This document shows positions 1 through 12,604 of a stretch of DNA of 50,887 nt, piece after piece. Source of the stretch: Octopus sinensis (Eukaryota). The notes under the pieces were generated by a model. That model was given only the letters and a program-made list of their open reading frames with translations, was not told where the DNA came from and did not search any database. Position 1 is the stretch's first letter. Each line of letters opens with the position of its first letter. The stretch spans positions 1-50,887 of the forward strand of contig NW_021834262.1 in the NCBI RefSeq assembly GCF_006345805.1, read 5' to 3'. The translations under genes and the position numbers were made by a program.

Positions 1-1279
1 TCTACATGTGTGTGTATATAGAAAAAGAGAAAAGAGGAAAACAGGGGAGAGAGAAAGAAAAAGAGGAAGGCAAGAAAGGAGGACAGGTGGCTCAGGTTAA
101 TGACACTTCGAGGTGTTATTTTTGTTTTTTTAAAGGAGAACGAAAAAGGAAGAACGAAAAAAAGAAAGAAAAAGAAAAGAAAAAGGCAAAAAAGAAAGAG
201 AAGAAATAAAGAATGAAAGCGAGAGAGAAAGGAACTTCTTTTCAGTTGTCATCGATGTGGTCGGCCTGTTGGGGTTGAATCACAACTAAAAATGTCGACT
301 TTCATTTAATCATTATTTTTGAAAGCATCAATCTCTCACTCTCTCTCTTCTCACTCTCGCTCTCTCTCTCTATATATATGTGTGTGTATATATATGTATA
401 TATTTGTATATATATATATATATTTATATATGTATGTGTGGTGTGTGCGTATATGTATATGTATTTATTTGTATAAATATATACACATACAAACATATAT
501 ATATACATAGTTAATCCAAACAAGAAAGCACAAAAAAAAACACAACGCGAGGACGTTGGAACAAATATAGTATTATTGGACGCTCATACATACATACATA
601 TATATATATATAATATATATATTATATATGTATATATTTGTATATATGATTTTGATTTTGATTTTTCCAGTTTCAGCTAATGAGCTGTGGCCATGCTGGG
701 CACCGCCATATATATATATGTATATATTTGCATATGTATGTATATATATTATATATATATAGATATATATATATATATGATGTGTGTGTGTGTGTGTGTG
801 TGTATTTGCTTGTGTGTCTGTGTTGTCCCCCTAGCATGCTTGACAACCGATGCTGGTGTGTTATATATAATATATATATACATGTATATATTTGTATATA
901 TATATCACTTTGATCACTTTGATATACAAATATATATATCATATACGTATAAATTTGGTGCCCCAGCATGACCACAGCCTTGGGACTGAAATATTTAAGA
1001 GAATAAAAGAATATATGTACGCACACACTCACACGTGCACGCACACACATACTTGCAAGAAGCCGCGAAAATTTCAGAAAAGACATAAATAAGTAATAAT
1101 AAATCTCTGAACGATATGTAAACAGTAACCGCTCGACAACGTAAAGTATACTCAGCCATATTGAGATGGCTAGCATACTTTACATAAATAAGTAAATGAA
1201 TGGAAATCGAACCAGTGAGTGTGTTAATTATTAAGGCATTAAAACAAAATGACTCGCCCCAGGCACAATAATACACACA

Positions 1280-1318
1280 CACACATACATACTTACATGC
1301 ATGCATGCATGCATACAC

Positions 1319-1349
<31 letters not shown>

Positions 1350-1445
1350 TACACACACATACATATATACATACATACATACACATACATACATACATGC
1401 ATACATACATACATGCATACGTACATACATACATACATACATACA

Positions 1446-1479
<34 letters not shown>

Positions 1480-1665
1480 CATACATACATACATACATAC
1501 ACACACACATACATACAAACATATATACATACATACATACATACATACATACATACACATCTATCCAACCACCCATCCATACATACAGACGCATATATAC
1601 ACACACACACACACACACATTCATATTCATATATATATACACACATATACATATGCATATACGTA
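1280..1665. repeat. (CATA)n/(CA)n microsatellite
   Basis: Direct reading; overlapping HTYI/MYVC ORFs are translations of the repeat. Confidence 0.95.
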
Positions 1666-1927
1666 CACTGACGTGAACTCACACCAGGACACTACCACAA
1701 CATTTCGATCGATACTGTATTTATTGATGACTTCGGACTTTATGGCTTTCATTTATCAATCTTGTCGTAAATGATGAGAAATAAATGCAACCGGGATGAG
1801 AAACCTACATACAAACTTTACAACTTCCTTGGAACCTTACTAAGTCACCCGCGAACCGATAATGGGGCCCATATGTGGTAGCTCCGTAAACTAGACATAG
1901 TTGCTAAATCTCCCTCAAAGTACCACT

Positions 1928-2140
1928 GGAGTGGCTGTGTGGTAAGTAGCTTGCCTACCAACCACATGGTTCCGGGTTCAGTCCCACTGCGTGGCACCTT
2001 GGGCAAGTGTCTTCTACTATAGCCTCGGGCCGACCTAAGCCTTGTGAGTGGATTTGGTAGACGGAAACTGAAAGAAGCCCGTCGTATATAGTATATATAT
2101 ATATATAGATAGATATATATATATATATATTATATATATA

Positions 2141-2191
<51 letters not shown>

Positions 2192-2228
2192 TGTATATAT
2201 ATATATATATATGTGGTGTGTGTGTGTG

Positions 2229-2260
<32 letters not shown>

Positions 2261-2470
2261 ATTTTTGTGTGTCTGTGTCTGTCCCCCTAGCATTGCTTGA
2301 CAACCGATGTGTGTGTTTATGTCCCCGTCACTTAGCGGTTCGGCCAAAAGAGACCGCTAGAATAAGTACTGGGCTTACAAAGAATAAGTCCCGGGGTCGA
2401 GTTGCTCGACTAAAGGCGATGCTCCAGCATGGCCGCAGTCAAATGACTGAAACAAGTAAAGAGTAAGAGT
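1928..2470 (+). mobile_element. tRNA-derived SINE, family A (CORE-like centre), with expanded internal (TA)n(TG)n tract
   Basis: Head GGAGTGGCTGTGTGGTAAG...GGTTCCGGGTTCAGTCCC (A/B-box-like), TTGGGCAAGTGTCTT centre, tail GACTGAAACAAGTAAAGAG; many near-identical copies in the window. Confidence 0.85.
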
Positions 2471-3445
2471 ACATCCTACACTCATGAGAAAAGAATGACA
2501 TGTTGGATAATAAGAATGGATGGCCATAGCTAGAATGTCTGTGATTGTAGATCGACCTATCAGGGTTGTTCCATAGTTAATCAACCGCAAGAACAATGAG
2601 AAAATACTAAAGAAAAGATAACCTGGAGTTATTTCTTAGGATCGACATCAAGGACTCTTTTGGGGTGTTATCGTTATTGTAATTTATCTATAATCAGAAG
2701 CGTTCTAAACATGACCATCTAGTGATTTCGTGCCTCCCGGGCTCCATTGTCTTGTGTGTCTTTCCCAATTTTTAAAACGACTGGAGGGTGAATTAAAGTG
2801 GATTTTACTGCTATTTCTAATAGATCAAGTGACTACATTGAAACTCTGTGCTTATCTCACCCGAAGAGTGGAGATTGGACATAATATATTGTGATGTTTA
2901 GTTGCATTTCTCTTCATTCTGAGTTCAAATCCTGCTTAGGTCCATTTTGCCATTCATCCTTCCTAGGTTGATGCAATAAATATATTTTGTATTACTGTAG
3001 TCTTTGCAAATGCTAAACTCCAGTTAAACCCTGCTCAAGCAGACCTAAACATAACTAAAGACACACCAGCTGTCGGACGGAACTTCAGAGTAGAAATTTA
3101 TCAGGTATACAAAGTTTTTGTCAAACCCCTTCCGCTCTGTGAATGTCTTTGGTGTCTCCCAAATATTCTCTGAGTTCCCTGCGGAAAGTCTTGAGTCTGG
3201 CTGCAATATTTCAGTTGCACCCGACTATCATTTGCTCTTCTATCAGTGACCATTCGCCTTCTGTTCCCAGACTTAGCGTATCTAATGTACCTCTTTGAAG
3301 AATGTAGAGTGTAACTGAGGGAGATTTGGCAGCTATTTCTAGCAAAGCGAACTATAACGTTATCTACTTCCTGCAGTCAACTGCACTGCCCACTCTTTAC
3401 CAAATGTAGTCTTGTGATATCAGTATCGATATTAAGATAATATGA

Positions 3446-3488
<43 letters not shown>

Positions 3489-4395
3489 CAAAGGTGATGA
3501 GGATGATGGCGATGATTGGCAACATCGTTAGAAGATCGGACAAATTTCCTTACAGTATTTGTTCCTACACTCGTCATTCTCAGTTCAAATCGTGCCGCAT
3601 TCAATTTTACCTTTCATACTTTTGGGGTCATTAAATAAAACGTCAGTTGTCCAGAGAGTGGGTGGTTGGCGAAATTGGTAGAAGCATCGAAGAGAATGCC
3701 TTATAATATCTGTTCTGAGTGTTTGTGTAAAAGTTGAAATTCACCGAGGGATTTTAAAAATCCCATTAGTAGTTAATCCCTTGATCAGGGGTCACAGCAG
3801 CAATAGGGTTAGGGCTGTTTGCTAATGCAGCCAAACAATGATGATGAATATGCAGAATAAATTACCTTGTGTTCTTTATTTCATTCTTTTAATCTTTTTT
3901 ATTGGGTTCAGACATTTGTCTGAAGTCATGTTGCTGCGCCGCCTTCAAAGGTGATTTTCGTCGATTCTCATCAATGCCATAGTTGTTCAAGAACATCGGC
4001 TTTCTTCGATTCCATAAGTCCCTGAGGGTCTGCGAAAATTCCTTCCTTTAGATGAAACCAGTTAGGAAAACAAAAACTATAAGCTGGCAGACTCCCGGGA
4101 AAATGTTTATTGGCATTTCGTCGGTTTTACGTTCTAAGTTCAAAATCCGCCGTGGTCGACTTTCTTTCATCCTTTCGGGGTCGCTAAAATAAGTACCAGT
4201 TAATCACTGGGTGGAGGTCGATTTAATCGACTTACGCCTGCTCCTAAAAATTACTGGCCTTGTGTCAAAATTGGAAGCCGATATTGAACGAGTTATGAAA
4301 CGGTGGTTTGTTACAATCGGTAAAATGTCGGACAAAATACTTTATTTGATTTAGGAAAACCATTATATTTCTTATTTTAAACCCTGCAAATGCTA

Positions 4396-4628
4396 AATAT
4401 ACCTATTTCTTTACTCCCCACAAGGGGCTAAACACAGAGGGGACAAACAAGGACAGACGAACGGATTAAGTCGATTACATCGACCCTCGTGCGTAACTGG
4501 TACCTATTTAATCGACCCCGAAAAGATGAAAGGCAAAGTCGACCTCGGCGGAATTTGAACTCTGAACGTAACGACAAACGAAATACGGCTACGCATTTCG
4601 CCCGGCGTGCTAACGATTCTGCCAGCTC
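4396..4628 (-). mobile_element. tRNA-derived SINE, family B (GCCTTTCATCCTTTCGGGGTCGA centre, possibly MetaSINE-like)
   Basis: Reverse complement of the copies at 11853 and 13520. Confidence 0.8.
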
Positions 4629-4713
4629 CCAGCCGTATATCTTTCCTCCTTCTGGGGTCGATAAAATATAGTCCTGGGATCCAAATAATAGGGTATTCAT
4701 CTCTCCTACTTCA

Positions 4714-4745
<32 letters not shown>

Positions 4746-4775
4746 CGCGCGCACGCACGCACACACATACGCACG

Positions 4776-4807
<32 letters not shown>

Positions 4808-4899
4808 CACATGCACGCACACACACACACATACACACACGCACACACATACACACACACACACTTATTTCTGGCCTTCGGCATATCTTTTCTCTTTTA

Positions 4900-5300
4900 T
4901 TTGTTTCTGTCATTACTCTGTGGCCATGCTGGGGCACAGCTTTGAAGTTTTAGTCGACTGAATCGACCTAATGGGTTTTTTTAGGGGAGGGATGGGGTTA
5001 AAACCTGGTGCTTATTCTATCGGTCTCTGTTGTCGAACTGCTAAAGTTACAGGAACGTAAACAAACCAACACCTATTGTCAAACGGTGGTGGGGGGACAA
5101 ACACAGAGAAAAATACACACACACACATATAGGTATACGACGCGATTCTTTCAGTTTCCTTCTACCAATTCTACTCATAAGGCTTTAGTCAGCCTGAGGC
5201 TACTGTGGAAGGCACTCACCGAAGGTCCCATGCAGTGGGACTAAACCAGGAACCATGTGGATGGGGAGCAATATTCTTACCAAATATCCACGCCTGTGCA
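4900..5300 (-). mobile_element. Degenerate SINE family A copy
   Basis: Diverged matches to the family A tail, middle and head. Confidence 0.65.
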
Positions 5301-5311
5301 TTTGTCAGAAA

Positions 5312-5610
5312 TCTTTATATATAAAAGTGAAGTCGTGTGTCTGTCTCCTACGATTTAGATTCCTAACTACTCCCACATTTTGCGGTGCAGTTTAACCAAA
5401 ACCGGGTATCTTATAGTCGTGATTCATATCGAGCCCTTCTGGGTATTAACGCGCGTCTACGATGAGTCTACGATTTAAAAAAAAATTTACCATCATTTTT
5501 TTCCATTTTTAATGCATTTTTTTGCTATTATATACGGGAAGTAACTCTCTAAAAATGCTTATATAGTCATTTCCCTTACAAACCCGAGCAACGCCGGGCG
5601 ATACTGCTAG
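5312..5610 (+). mobile_element. Non-autonomous Helitron
   Basis: A|TC 5' end, subterminal hairpin CCCGAGCAACGCCGGG, CTAG|T 3' end; 3' end shared with 40116 and 45505. Confidence 0.8.
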
Positions 5611-5930
5611 TTCCTTATAATACAAGATAATTTCTTAATGTAAAGACAAGACGCATTGATAACCGGATGCAAACCACCCGAAATACCGCCGGTTATTAAC
5701 CGTAATATACTGGAGACGTGTCAACGCATTTGCATCTGTGCACCACAAAAGGGAAATAAAAGAAAACATAAAAAAAAGAAAGAATAACACGATTTTAAAA
5801 GAAAGAACGTCACCGCTTCCCAATCAGATTCTTTTGTTGATCCCTCTATCGATATATCTGTAATTCGCAGATTCAGTTTGTGTCTCTCTCCTTTTCTCCA
5901 TGCCTCTCTATCTGTCTGACTCTCTCTCTC

Positions 5931-6331
5931 TTTACTCTTTTACTTGTTTCAGTCATTTGACTGCGGCCATGCTGGAGCACCACCTTTAGTCGAGCAAATC
6001 GACCCCGCGACTTATTCTTTGTAAGCCCAGTACTTATTCTATCGGTCTCTTTTTGCCGAACCGCTAAGTGACGGGGACGTAAGCACACCAGCATCGGTTG
6101 TCAAGCAATGCTAGGGGGACAAAAACAGACACATACACACATATATATATATATATATTATATATATACGACAGGCTTCTTTCAGTTTCCGTCTACCAAA
6201 TCCACTCACAAGGCTTTGGTCAGCCCGAGGCTATAGCAGAAGACACTTGCCCAAGATGCCACGCAGTGGGACTGAACCCGGAACCATGTGGTTGGTTAGC
6301 AAGCTACTTACCACACAGCCACTCCTGCGCC
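5931..6331 (-). mobile_element. SINE family A, full length
   Basis: Reverse-complement match to 8850-9264. Confidence 0.85.
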
Positions 6332-6347
6332 TATTCTGTCTACAGAT

Positions 6348-6423
<76 letters not shown>

Positions 6424-6939
6424 GTCTGTCTTTCTATCTCTCAACATTCTCACTTTACCGCCACTATCACAGTTGAAGAAATGGGCGTGGCTTCTCAAGC
6501 TTACAGTCACGCGTGTCTGCAATAGTCGACAATGGAATGACTGAATGCAGTACTGCTGTTTCGAAACTCAGATACATCCTCCATTACCCATGAAATGTAC
6601 CAAAGAACTCAGATATTACAAACCAAACATTTCGAATTCCAAATTCACAGATTTGATAGATTTCTGCGCAATTTCCTGTCATATTTTTATCTGTGGTATT
6701 GAGGGATCCCCCAACACAAGCCATACACGGCCACACATATTTTGTGAGAGGATTGAATGTATATGATTATATTGGTTTCAAATTTTGACACAAGGCCAGC
6801 AAGTTCGGATACGTTGATTAAATTGACTCCAGTACATAACTGGTACTTATTTAATCGACCTTCGAAAGGATGAAAGGCAAAGTCAACCTTAGTGGAATTT
6901 GAACTCACAACGTAAAGACGGAGAAAGAAAATGCCGATA

Positions 6940-7437
6940 AATGTAAATGATCATATTCACCGTAACACACCTCTAGCTCTTCATTTTATGACACAGAGAA
7001 ACGCGAGAAGCTAAGGTTAATCGAGGCGGGGGTTTCAACTCAGGATGTTAGAGTGTTTTTGTACAGCTCAGTTAAAAGAAAAGGGTTAATATGTTACTTG
7101 CAGGGCCTCAGAAAAGGGAATAGAAATGAGTCCGTCAGGCGTCCATTTGACACTGCTGGTCACAGCACGCTGTCCACTCCTCTCTGGATCGCGTCTTTCT
7201 CATCCGCGTGATCCCAATCGTCCTCCTGAAATCGTAACTCCACCGTCGTGGAGGTCTTCCGGGTGGTCTTTTCCGCTCGCGCGGGTACCACTCGACAACT
7301 GCGTGGGTCCACCGATAATCGGTGAGCCGGGCGACGTGTCCAGCCATCTAAACTTGCTGCGTGTATACTCTGCGATGACATCTTTCACGCCGGACTTCTT
7401 TCTGATGATCTCGTTGAGAGAGCACATCAGTAGCGAG
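6940..7437 (-). pseudogene. RTE-like LINE 3' fragment (frameshifted copy)
   Basis: AGHVARLTDYRWTHAVVEWYPRERKRPPGRPPRRW; one base missing near 7345 relative to the second copy. Confidence 0.8.
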
Positions 7438-7653
7438 ATATATATATATATATATTATATATATATATATATAATACGACAGGTTCTTTCAGTTTCGTCT
7501 ACCAAATCCACTCACAAGGCTTTGGTCAGCCCGAGGCTATAGCAGAAGACACTTGCCCAAGATGCCACGCAGTGGGACTGAACCCGGAACCATGTGGTTG
7601 GTTAGCAAGCTACTTACCACACAGCCACTCCTGCGCCTATTCTGTCTACAGAT

Positions 7654-7731
<78 letters not shown>

Positions 7732-8244
7732 GTCTGTCTTTCTATCTCTCAACCATTCTCACTTTACCGCCACTATCACAGTTTGAAGAAATGGGCGTGG
7801 CTTCTCAAGCTTACAGTCACGCGTGTCTGCAATAGCCGACAATGGAATGACTGAATGCAGTACTGCTGTTTCGAAACTCAGATACATCCTCCATTACCCA
7901 TGAAATGTACCAAAGAACTCAGATATTACAAACCAAACATTTCGAATTCCAAATTCACAGATTTGATAGATTTCTGCGCAATTTCCTGTCATATTTTTAT
8001 CTGTGGTATTGAGGGACCCCCAACACCAGCCATACACGGCCACACATATTTTGTGAGAGGATTGAATGTATATGATTATATTGGTTTCAAATTTTGACAC
8101 AAGGCCAGCAAGTTCGGATACGTTGATTAAATTGACTCCAGTACATAACTGGTACTTATTTAATCGACCTTCGAAAGGATGAAAGGCAAAGTCAACCTTA
8201 GTGGAATTTGAACTCACAACGTAAAGACGGAGAAAATGCCGATA

Positions 8245-8743
8245 AATGTAAATGATCATATTCACCGTAACACACCTCTAGCTCTTCATTTTATGACACA
8301 GAGAAACGCGAGAAGCTAAGGTTAATCGAGGCGGGGGTTTCAACTCAGGATGTTAGAGTGTTTTTGTACAGCTCAGTTAAAAGAAAAGGGTTAATATGTT
8401 ACTTGCAGGGCCTCAGAAAAGGGAATAGAAATGAGTCCGTCAGGCGTCCATTTGACACTGCTGGTCACAGCACGCTGTCCACTCCTCTCTGGATCGCGTC
8501 TTTCTCATCCGCGTGATCCCAATCGTCCTCCTGAAATCGTAACTCCACCGTCGTGGAGGTCTTCCGGGTGGTCTTTTCCGCTCGCGCGGGTACCACTCGA
8601 CAACTGCGTGGGTCCACCGATAATCGGTGAGCCGGGCGACGTGTCCAGCCCATCTAAACTTGCTGCGTGTATACTCTGCGATGACATCTTTCACGCCGGA
8701 CTTCTTTCTGATGATCTCGTTGAGAGAGCACATCAGTAGCGAG
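8245..8743 (-). pseudogene. RTE-like LINE 3' fragment (ORF2 C-terminus, 5'-truncated)
   Basis: ORF 8440-8733: KFRWAGHVARLTDYRWT...WYP...KRPPGRPPRRW, typical of RTE-clade ORF2 C-termini. Confidence 0.85.
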
Positions 8744-8849
8744 ATATATATATATATAATATATATATATATATGATATTATATAGAGGGCATTACTATA
8801 CATAAATGCCACACGCTAGGAGGGACTCTTAAAGTTAAATATATATATA

Positions 8850-9264
8850 GGCGCAGGAGTGGCTGTGTGGTAAGTAGCTTGCTAACCAACCACATGGTTC
8901 CGGGTTCAGTCCCACTGCGTAGCATCTTGGGCAAGTGTCTTCTGCTATAGCCCCGGGCCGACCAATGCCTTGTGAGAGGATTTGGTTGACGGAAACTGAA
9001 AGAAGCCTGTCGTATATATGTATATATATATGTATGTGTGTGTGCGTTTGTGTGCCTGTGTTTGTCCCCCTAGCATTGCTTGACAACCGATGCTGGTGTG
9101 TTTACGTCCCCGTCACTTAGCGGTTCGACAAAATAGATCGATAGAATAAGTACTGGGCTTACAAAAAATAAGTCCCGGGGTCGATTTGCTCGACTAAAGG
9201 CGGTGCTCCAGCATGGCCGCTGTCAAATGACTGAAACAAGTAAAAGAGTAAAAGAGTAAAGAGT
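8850..9264 (+). mobile_element. SINE family A, full length
   Basis: GGCGCAGGAGTGGCTGTGTGG head through (GTAAAAGA)n tail. Confidence 0.85.
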
Positions 9265-9686
9265 ATATAGCGCGTGCGCATGCGTTTGTGTGTGCGTGTG
9301 TGCGTGTTTGTGTGTGTGTGTGTATGTGTGTGTTCGTGTATACGTGTGTGTAACGAATGGTTCGGCCAAAGAGACCAATAGAATAGGTACCAGACTGTAA
9401 AAATATGTCCTGGGGGTCGATTTGTTCGATTAAAACCCATTTAGGGTGGTGCCTCATGTACGGCCGAAGTCCAGTGATTGAAACGAGTAAAAGATCAAAA
9501 TTAAATAAAGCCAATATAAAGTAATTATATTAGCGTTCTGGCAGCTGGAAATAGTGGCCAGACTATTTTGCATATGGACGAAAGGTGGTGCTCCAGCATG
9601 GCCGCAGTCAAATGACTGAAACAAGTAACTGATATGGTCGTTGGGAGCCTATGTAAGATTTTGTTTTTAAAGTTTATGTGCAATAA

Positions 9687-10103
9687 GGTGCAGGAGTAGC
9701 TGTGTGGTAAGTAGCTTGCTTACCAACCGCATGGTTCTGGGTTCAGTCCCACTGCATGGCACTTTGGGCAAGTGTCTTCTGCTATAGCCTCGGGCCGACC
9801 AAAGCCTTGTGAGTGGATTTGGTAGACGGAAACTGAAAGAAGCCCGTCGTATATATGTATATGTATATATGTATGCGTGTGTATATGTTTGTGTGTCTGT
9901 ATTTGTCCCCCCCCCCCAACATCGCTTGACAACCGGTGCTGGTGTGTTTACGTCCCCGTAACCTAGTGGTTCGGCAAAAGAGACCGATAGAAAAAGTACT
10001 AGGCTTACAAAGAATAAGTCCTGGGGGCGATTTGCTCGACTAAAGGCGGTGCTCCAGCATGGCCACAGTCAAATGACTGAAAGAAGTAAAAGAGTAAAAG
10101 AGT
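9687..10103 (+). mobile_element. SINE family A, full length
   Basis: Same head, centre and tail as 8850-9264. Confidence 0.85.
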
Positions 10104-10221
10104 ATGAGAAATAAACTGATGCAATGCACAGCATATTTTGACAATTTTTTTAATACAATTCCTAATTATAATTGATTTTCAGAAAAAAAGGGGAATTTTT
10201 TTAAAACATTGAATTAGCTGC

Positions 10222-10295
10222 GATGGGGGTCCAGTTGAGTAAAATAGGAATCAAAGGGGTCCATATGCAAAAAAAAAAATTGGTTGAGAACCGCG
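10222..10295 (-). mobile_element. Terminal fragment of hAT-type MITE (same family as 19795-20095)
   Basis: AATCAAAGGGGTCCAT...GGTTGAGAACC is the reverse-complement homolog of the left end at 19795. Confidence 0.6.
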
Positions 10296-10689
10296 GATTT
10301 AGGGGCTTCAGCATTTTACTGGAAGGATGTGTGGAGTTAGATAAGTCGGTGGTCAAGACTAAAGAAAGTTATTGAGAAAAAGAGGGGGGAGAGGAGGAGA
10401 GGGGAGGAGGAGGGGTGGTGGTGGTGGTGGTGGTGGAGGAGGAGGAGGAGAAGACGTTCATCGAAGCCATCTAATATGTCTGTCTTTATAGAGGGTCAGC
10501 CAAGTTGACAAATGTCTAGAGGATTTATGGTTAAATATGACCCGCCCAAGTATTCACTTTTTATTCTTTCGGGATCAATAAAATTACCAGTAAGCATTGG
10601 GGTTCGATATAATCGATTAGCCTCCTTTTTCGAAAAATTTCAGGCCTTCTGCCAACAGTAAAATAAGAATCATCATCATCATTATTACT

Positions 10690-11582
10690 GGCGCGTCCAA
10701 TTAAGCTTTTTATAGAGGATTGGAGGAGACTAATCCTCTATAAAAAGTGCGACGACATTCTTGGGGAGACCCTTGGGTGTCGAAGGAAATCAGTTAGCCG
10801 CCTTTTACAGGAGAACTTTTGGCCTGGGATCGAAGGATAATTTCCCCAAATCTCTGACCTGACAGAGCTACCGAGGAGCTTACCTGTTCGAGAGAAACTT
10901 TACAGGCACGAAAGTACCATCACCCAAGCATGTTCGAGATGCGCGCAGGACGACGAAATGGTCTTGCAATGCACTCGTCCCGTGCCTGAGCATTGTTGAC
11001 CTGTGGGTTTATGTCGAACACCTGCTATGGGACGGATCTGGCTGTCAACTGAATCCATCGTGAAGATCGCCCCGCCGCAAGGCTGTGTTTATATGCCTGG
11101 TGGCGAAAGAAGGTTGTATGGAGGACGAGATTGAAGGGGCTGAAAACAAACACTTTTCTCTCTGGCAAATCCCCGATCAACTTCTTCAAGTTTCATTTGA
11201 AAATGAAAATAAGGGTAGAGGGGGAAGTGTTGTCTTCTAACCAGTTTGCTGAAAGGTGGATGAAAGTGGTGAGAATGGTGCGGGTGTAGGGGCTTGCCCT
11301 GAGCATCCGCATGTAGTTGGAGAAAAAGAGAAAAGGAAAGGAAAAAAGACACCCACCCCAAAAGTCAGGGTACCCATGGTTCTTTTTATGGGGTTTTTCC
11401 ATGAGCAGCCCTCGAAGTCTCCTCTCTTTGTTGATTTAAAAAATGCTGTTGGTCTTGTTTACACGCAAAACCCTCACAACACTCAAACACACACACATAC
11501 ATACATACACACATTCTTTTGCTTTATCCTGTATTGTCCATAATGTTTTCTTTAATGTAAACTCTTGTGGTTAAAAAAGAAA
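10690..11582 (+). pseudogene. L1/Tx1-like LINE 3' end (degenerate), with probable 3' UTR
   Basis: CSRCAQDDEMVL zinc-finger-like segment and FFKFHLKMKIRVE...FAERWMKV, homologous to 12605-13150; A-rich end near 11575. Confidence 0.65.
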
Positions 11583-11624
11583 TCATCAATGTTATCATCA
11601 TCATCATTATTATTATTATTATTA

Positions 11625-11680
<56 letters not shown>

Positions 11681-11852
11681 TTATTCTATGTTTGACTTTT
11701 GCTTATATTTGTACAAGTTGGCTCCAAGTCTCACCCAGAGACCCAAGAGACAACAGTGGAAGTTCACGTTGTTGTTATGCCTAGTGTGCCATATATTTGG
11801 TTGTTTTTTGTGTTGTACTAGTTTATTATTATTATTATTATTATTATTAAAG

Positions 11853-12600
11853 TGGCGAGGTGGCAGAACCGTTAGCACGCCGGGCGAAATGCTTAGCAGT
11901 ATTTCGTCTGTCTACACGTTTTGAGTTCAAATTCCGCCGAGGTCGACTTTGCCTTTCATCCTTTCGGGGTCGATTAAATAAGTCCAGTTACGCACTGGAA
12001 TCGATATAATCGACTTAATCTTTGGTCTGTCCTTGTTTGTCCTCTCTGTGTTTAGCCCCTGTGGGTAGTAAAGAAATAGGTATTTCGTCTGCCGTTACGT
12101 TCTGAGTTCAAATTCCGCGAGAGTCGACTTTGCCTTTCATCCTTTCGGGGTCGATTAAATAAGTTCTGGTTACGCACTGGAGTCGATATAATCGACTTAA
12201 TCTGTTTGTCTGTCCTTGTTTGTCCTCTCTGTGTTTAGCCCCTTGTGGGTAGTAAAGAAATAGGTATTTCGTCTGCCGTTACGTTCTGAGTTCAAATTCC
12301 GCCGAGATCGACTTTGCCTTTCATCCTTTCGGGGTCGATAAATTAAGTACCAGTTACGCACTGGGGTCGATATAATCAACTTAATCCGTTTGTCTATCCT
12401 TGTTTGTCCCCTCTGTGTTTAGCCTCTTGTGGGTAGTAAAGAAATAGGTATTTCGTCTGCCGCTACGTTCTGAGTTCTGCATTTCATCCTTTCGCGGGTC
12501 GATAAATTAAGTACCAGTTGCGTACTGGGGTTGATGTAATCGACTGCCCCCTCCCCCAAGATTTCAGGCCTTGTGCCTATAGTAGAAAAGTTTATTATTA
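11853..12600 (+). mobile_element. SINE family B concatemer: one head, four bodies (~181-184-bp period)
   Basis: GTATTTCGTCTG restarts at 11899, 12080, 12264 and 12448. Confidence 0.9.
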
Positions 12601-12604
12601 CTAT

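Larger units (their letters stand above)
6167..8743. repeat. Tandem duplication, two ~1.27-kb units (6167-7437 and 7475-8743)
   Basis: Collinear near-identical sequence with ~1.31-kb period, seen in paired ORFs such as 6545/7855 and 7126/8431. Confidence 0.95.

Noticed and set aside
995-1774. Long His/Thr/Tyr/Ile- or Met/Tyr/Val/Cys-rich ORFs here and at 24.5-25.9, 26.1-27.7, 33.5-35.1 and 44.0-45.3 kb
   Set aside because: They are translations of (CATA)n, (TATG)n, (GATA)n and (CA)n microsatellites, which lack stop codons in several frames; no coding signal.
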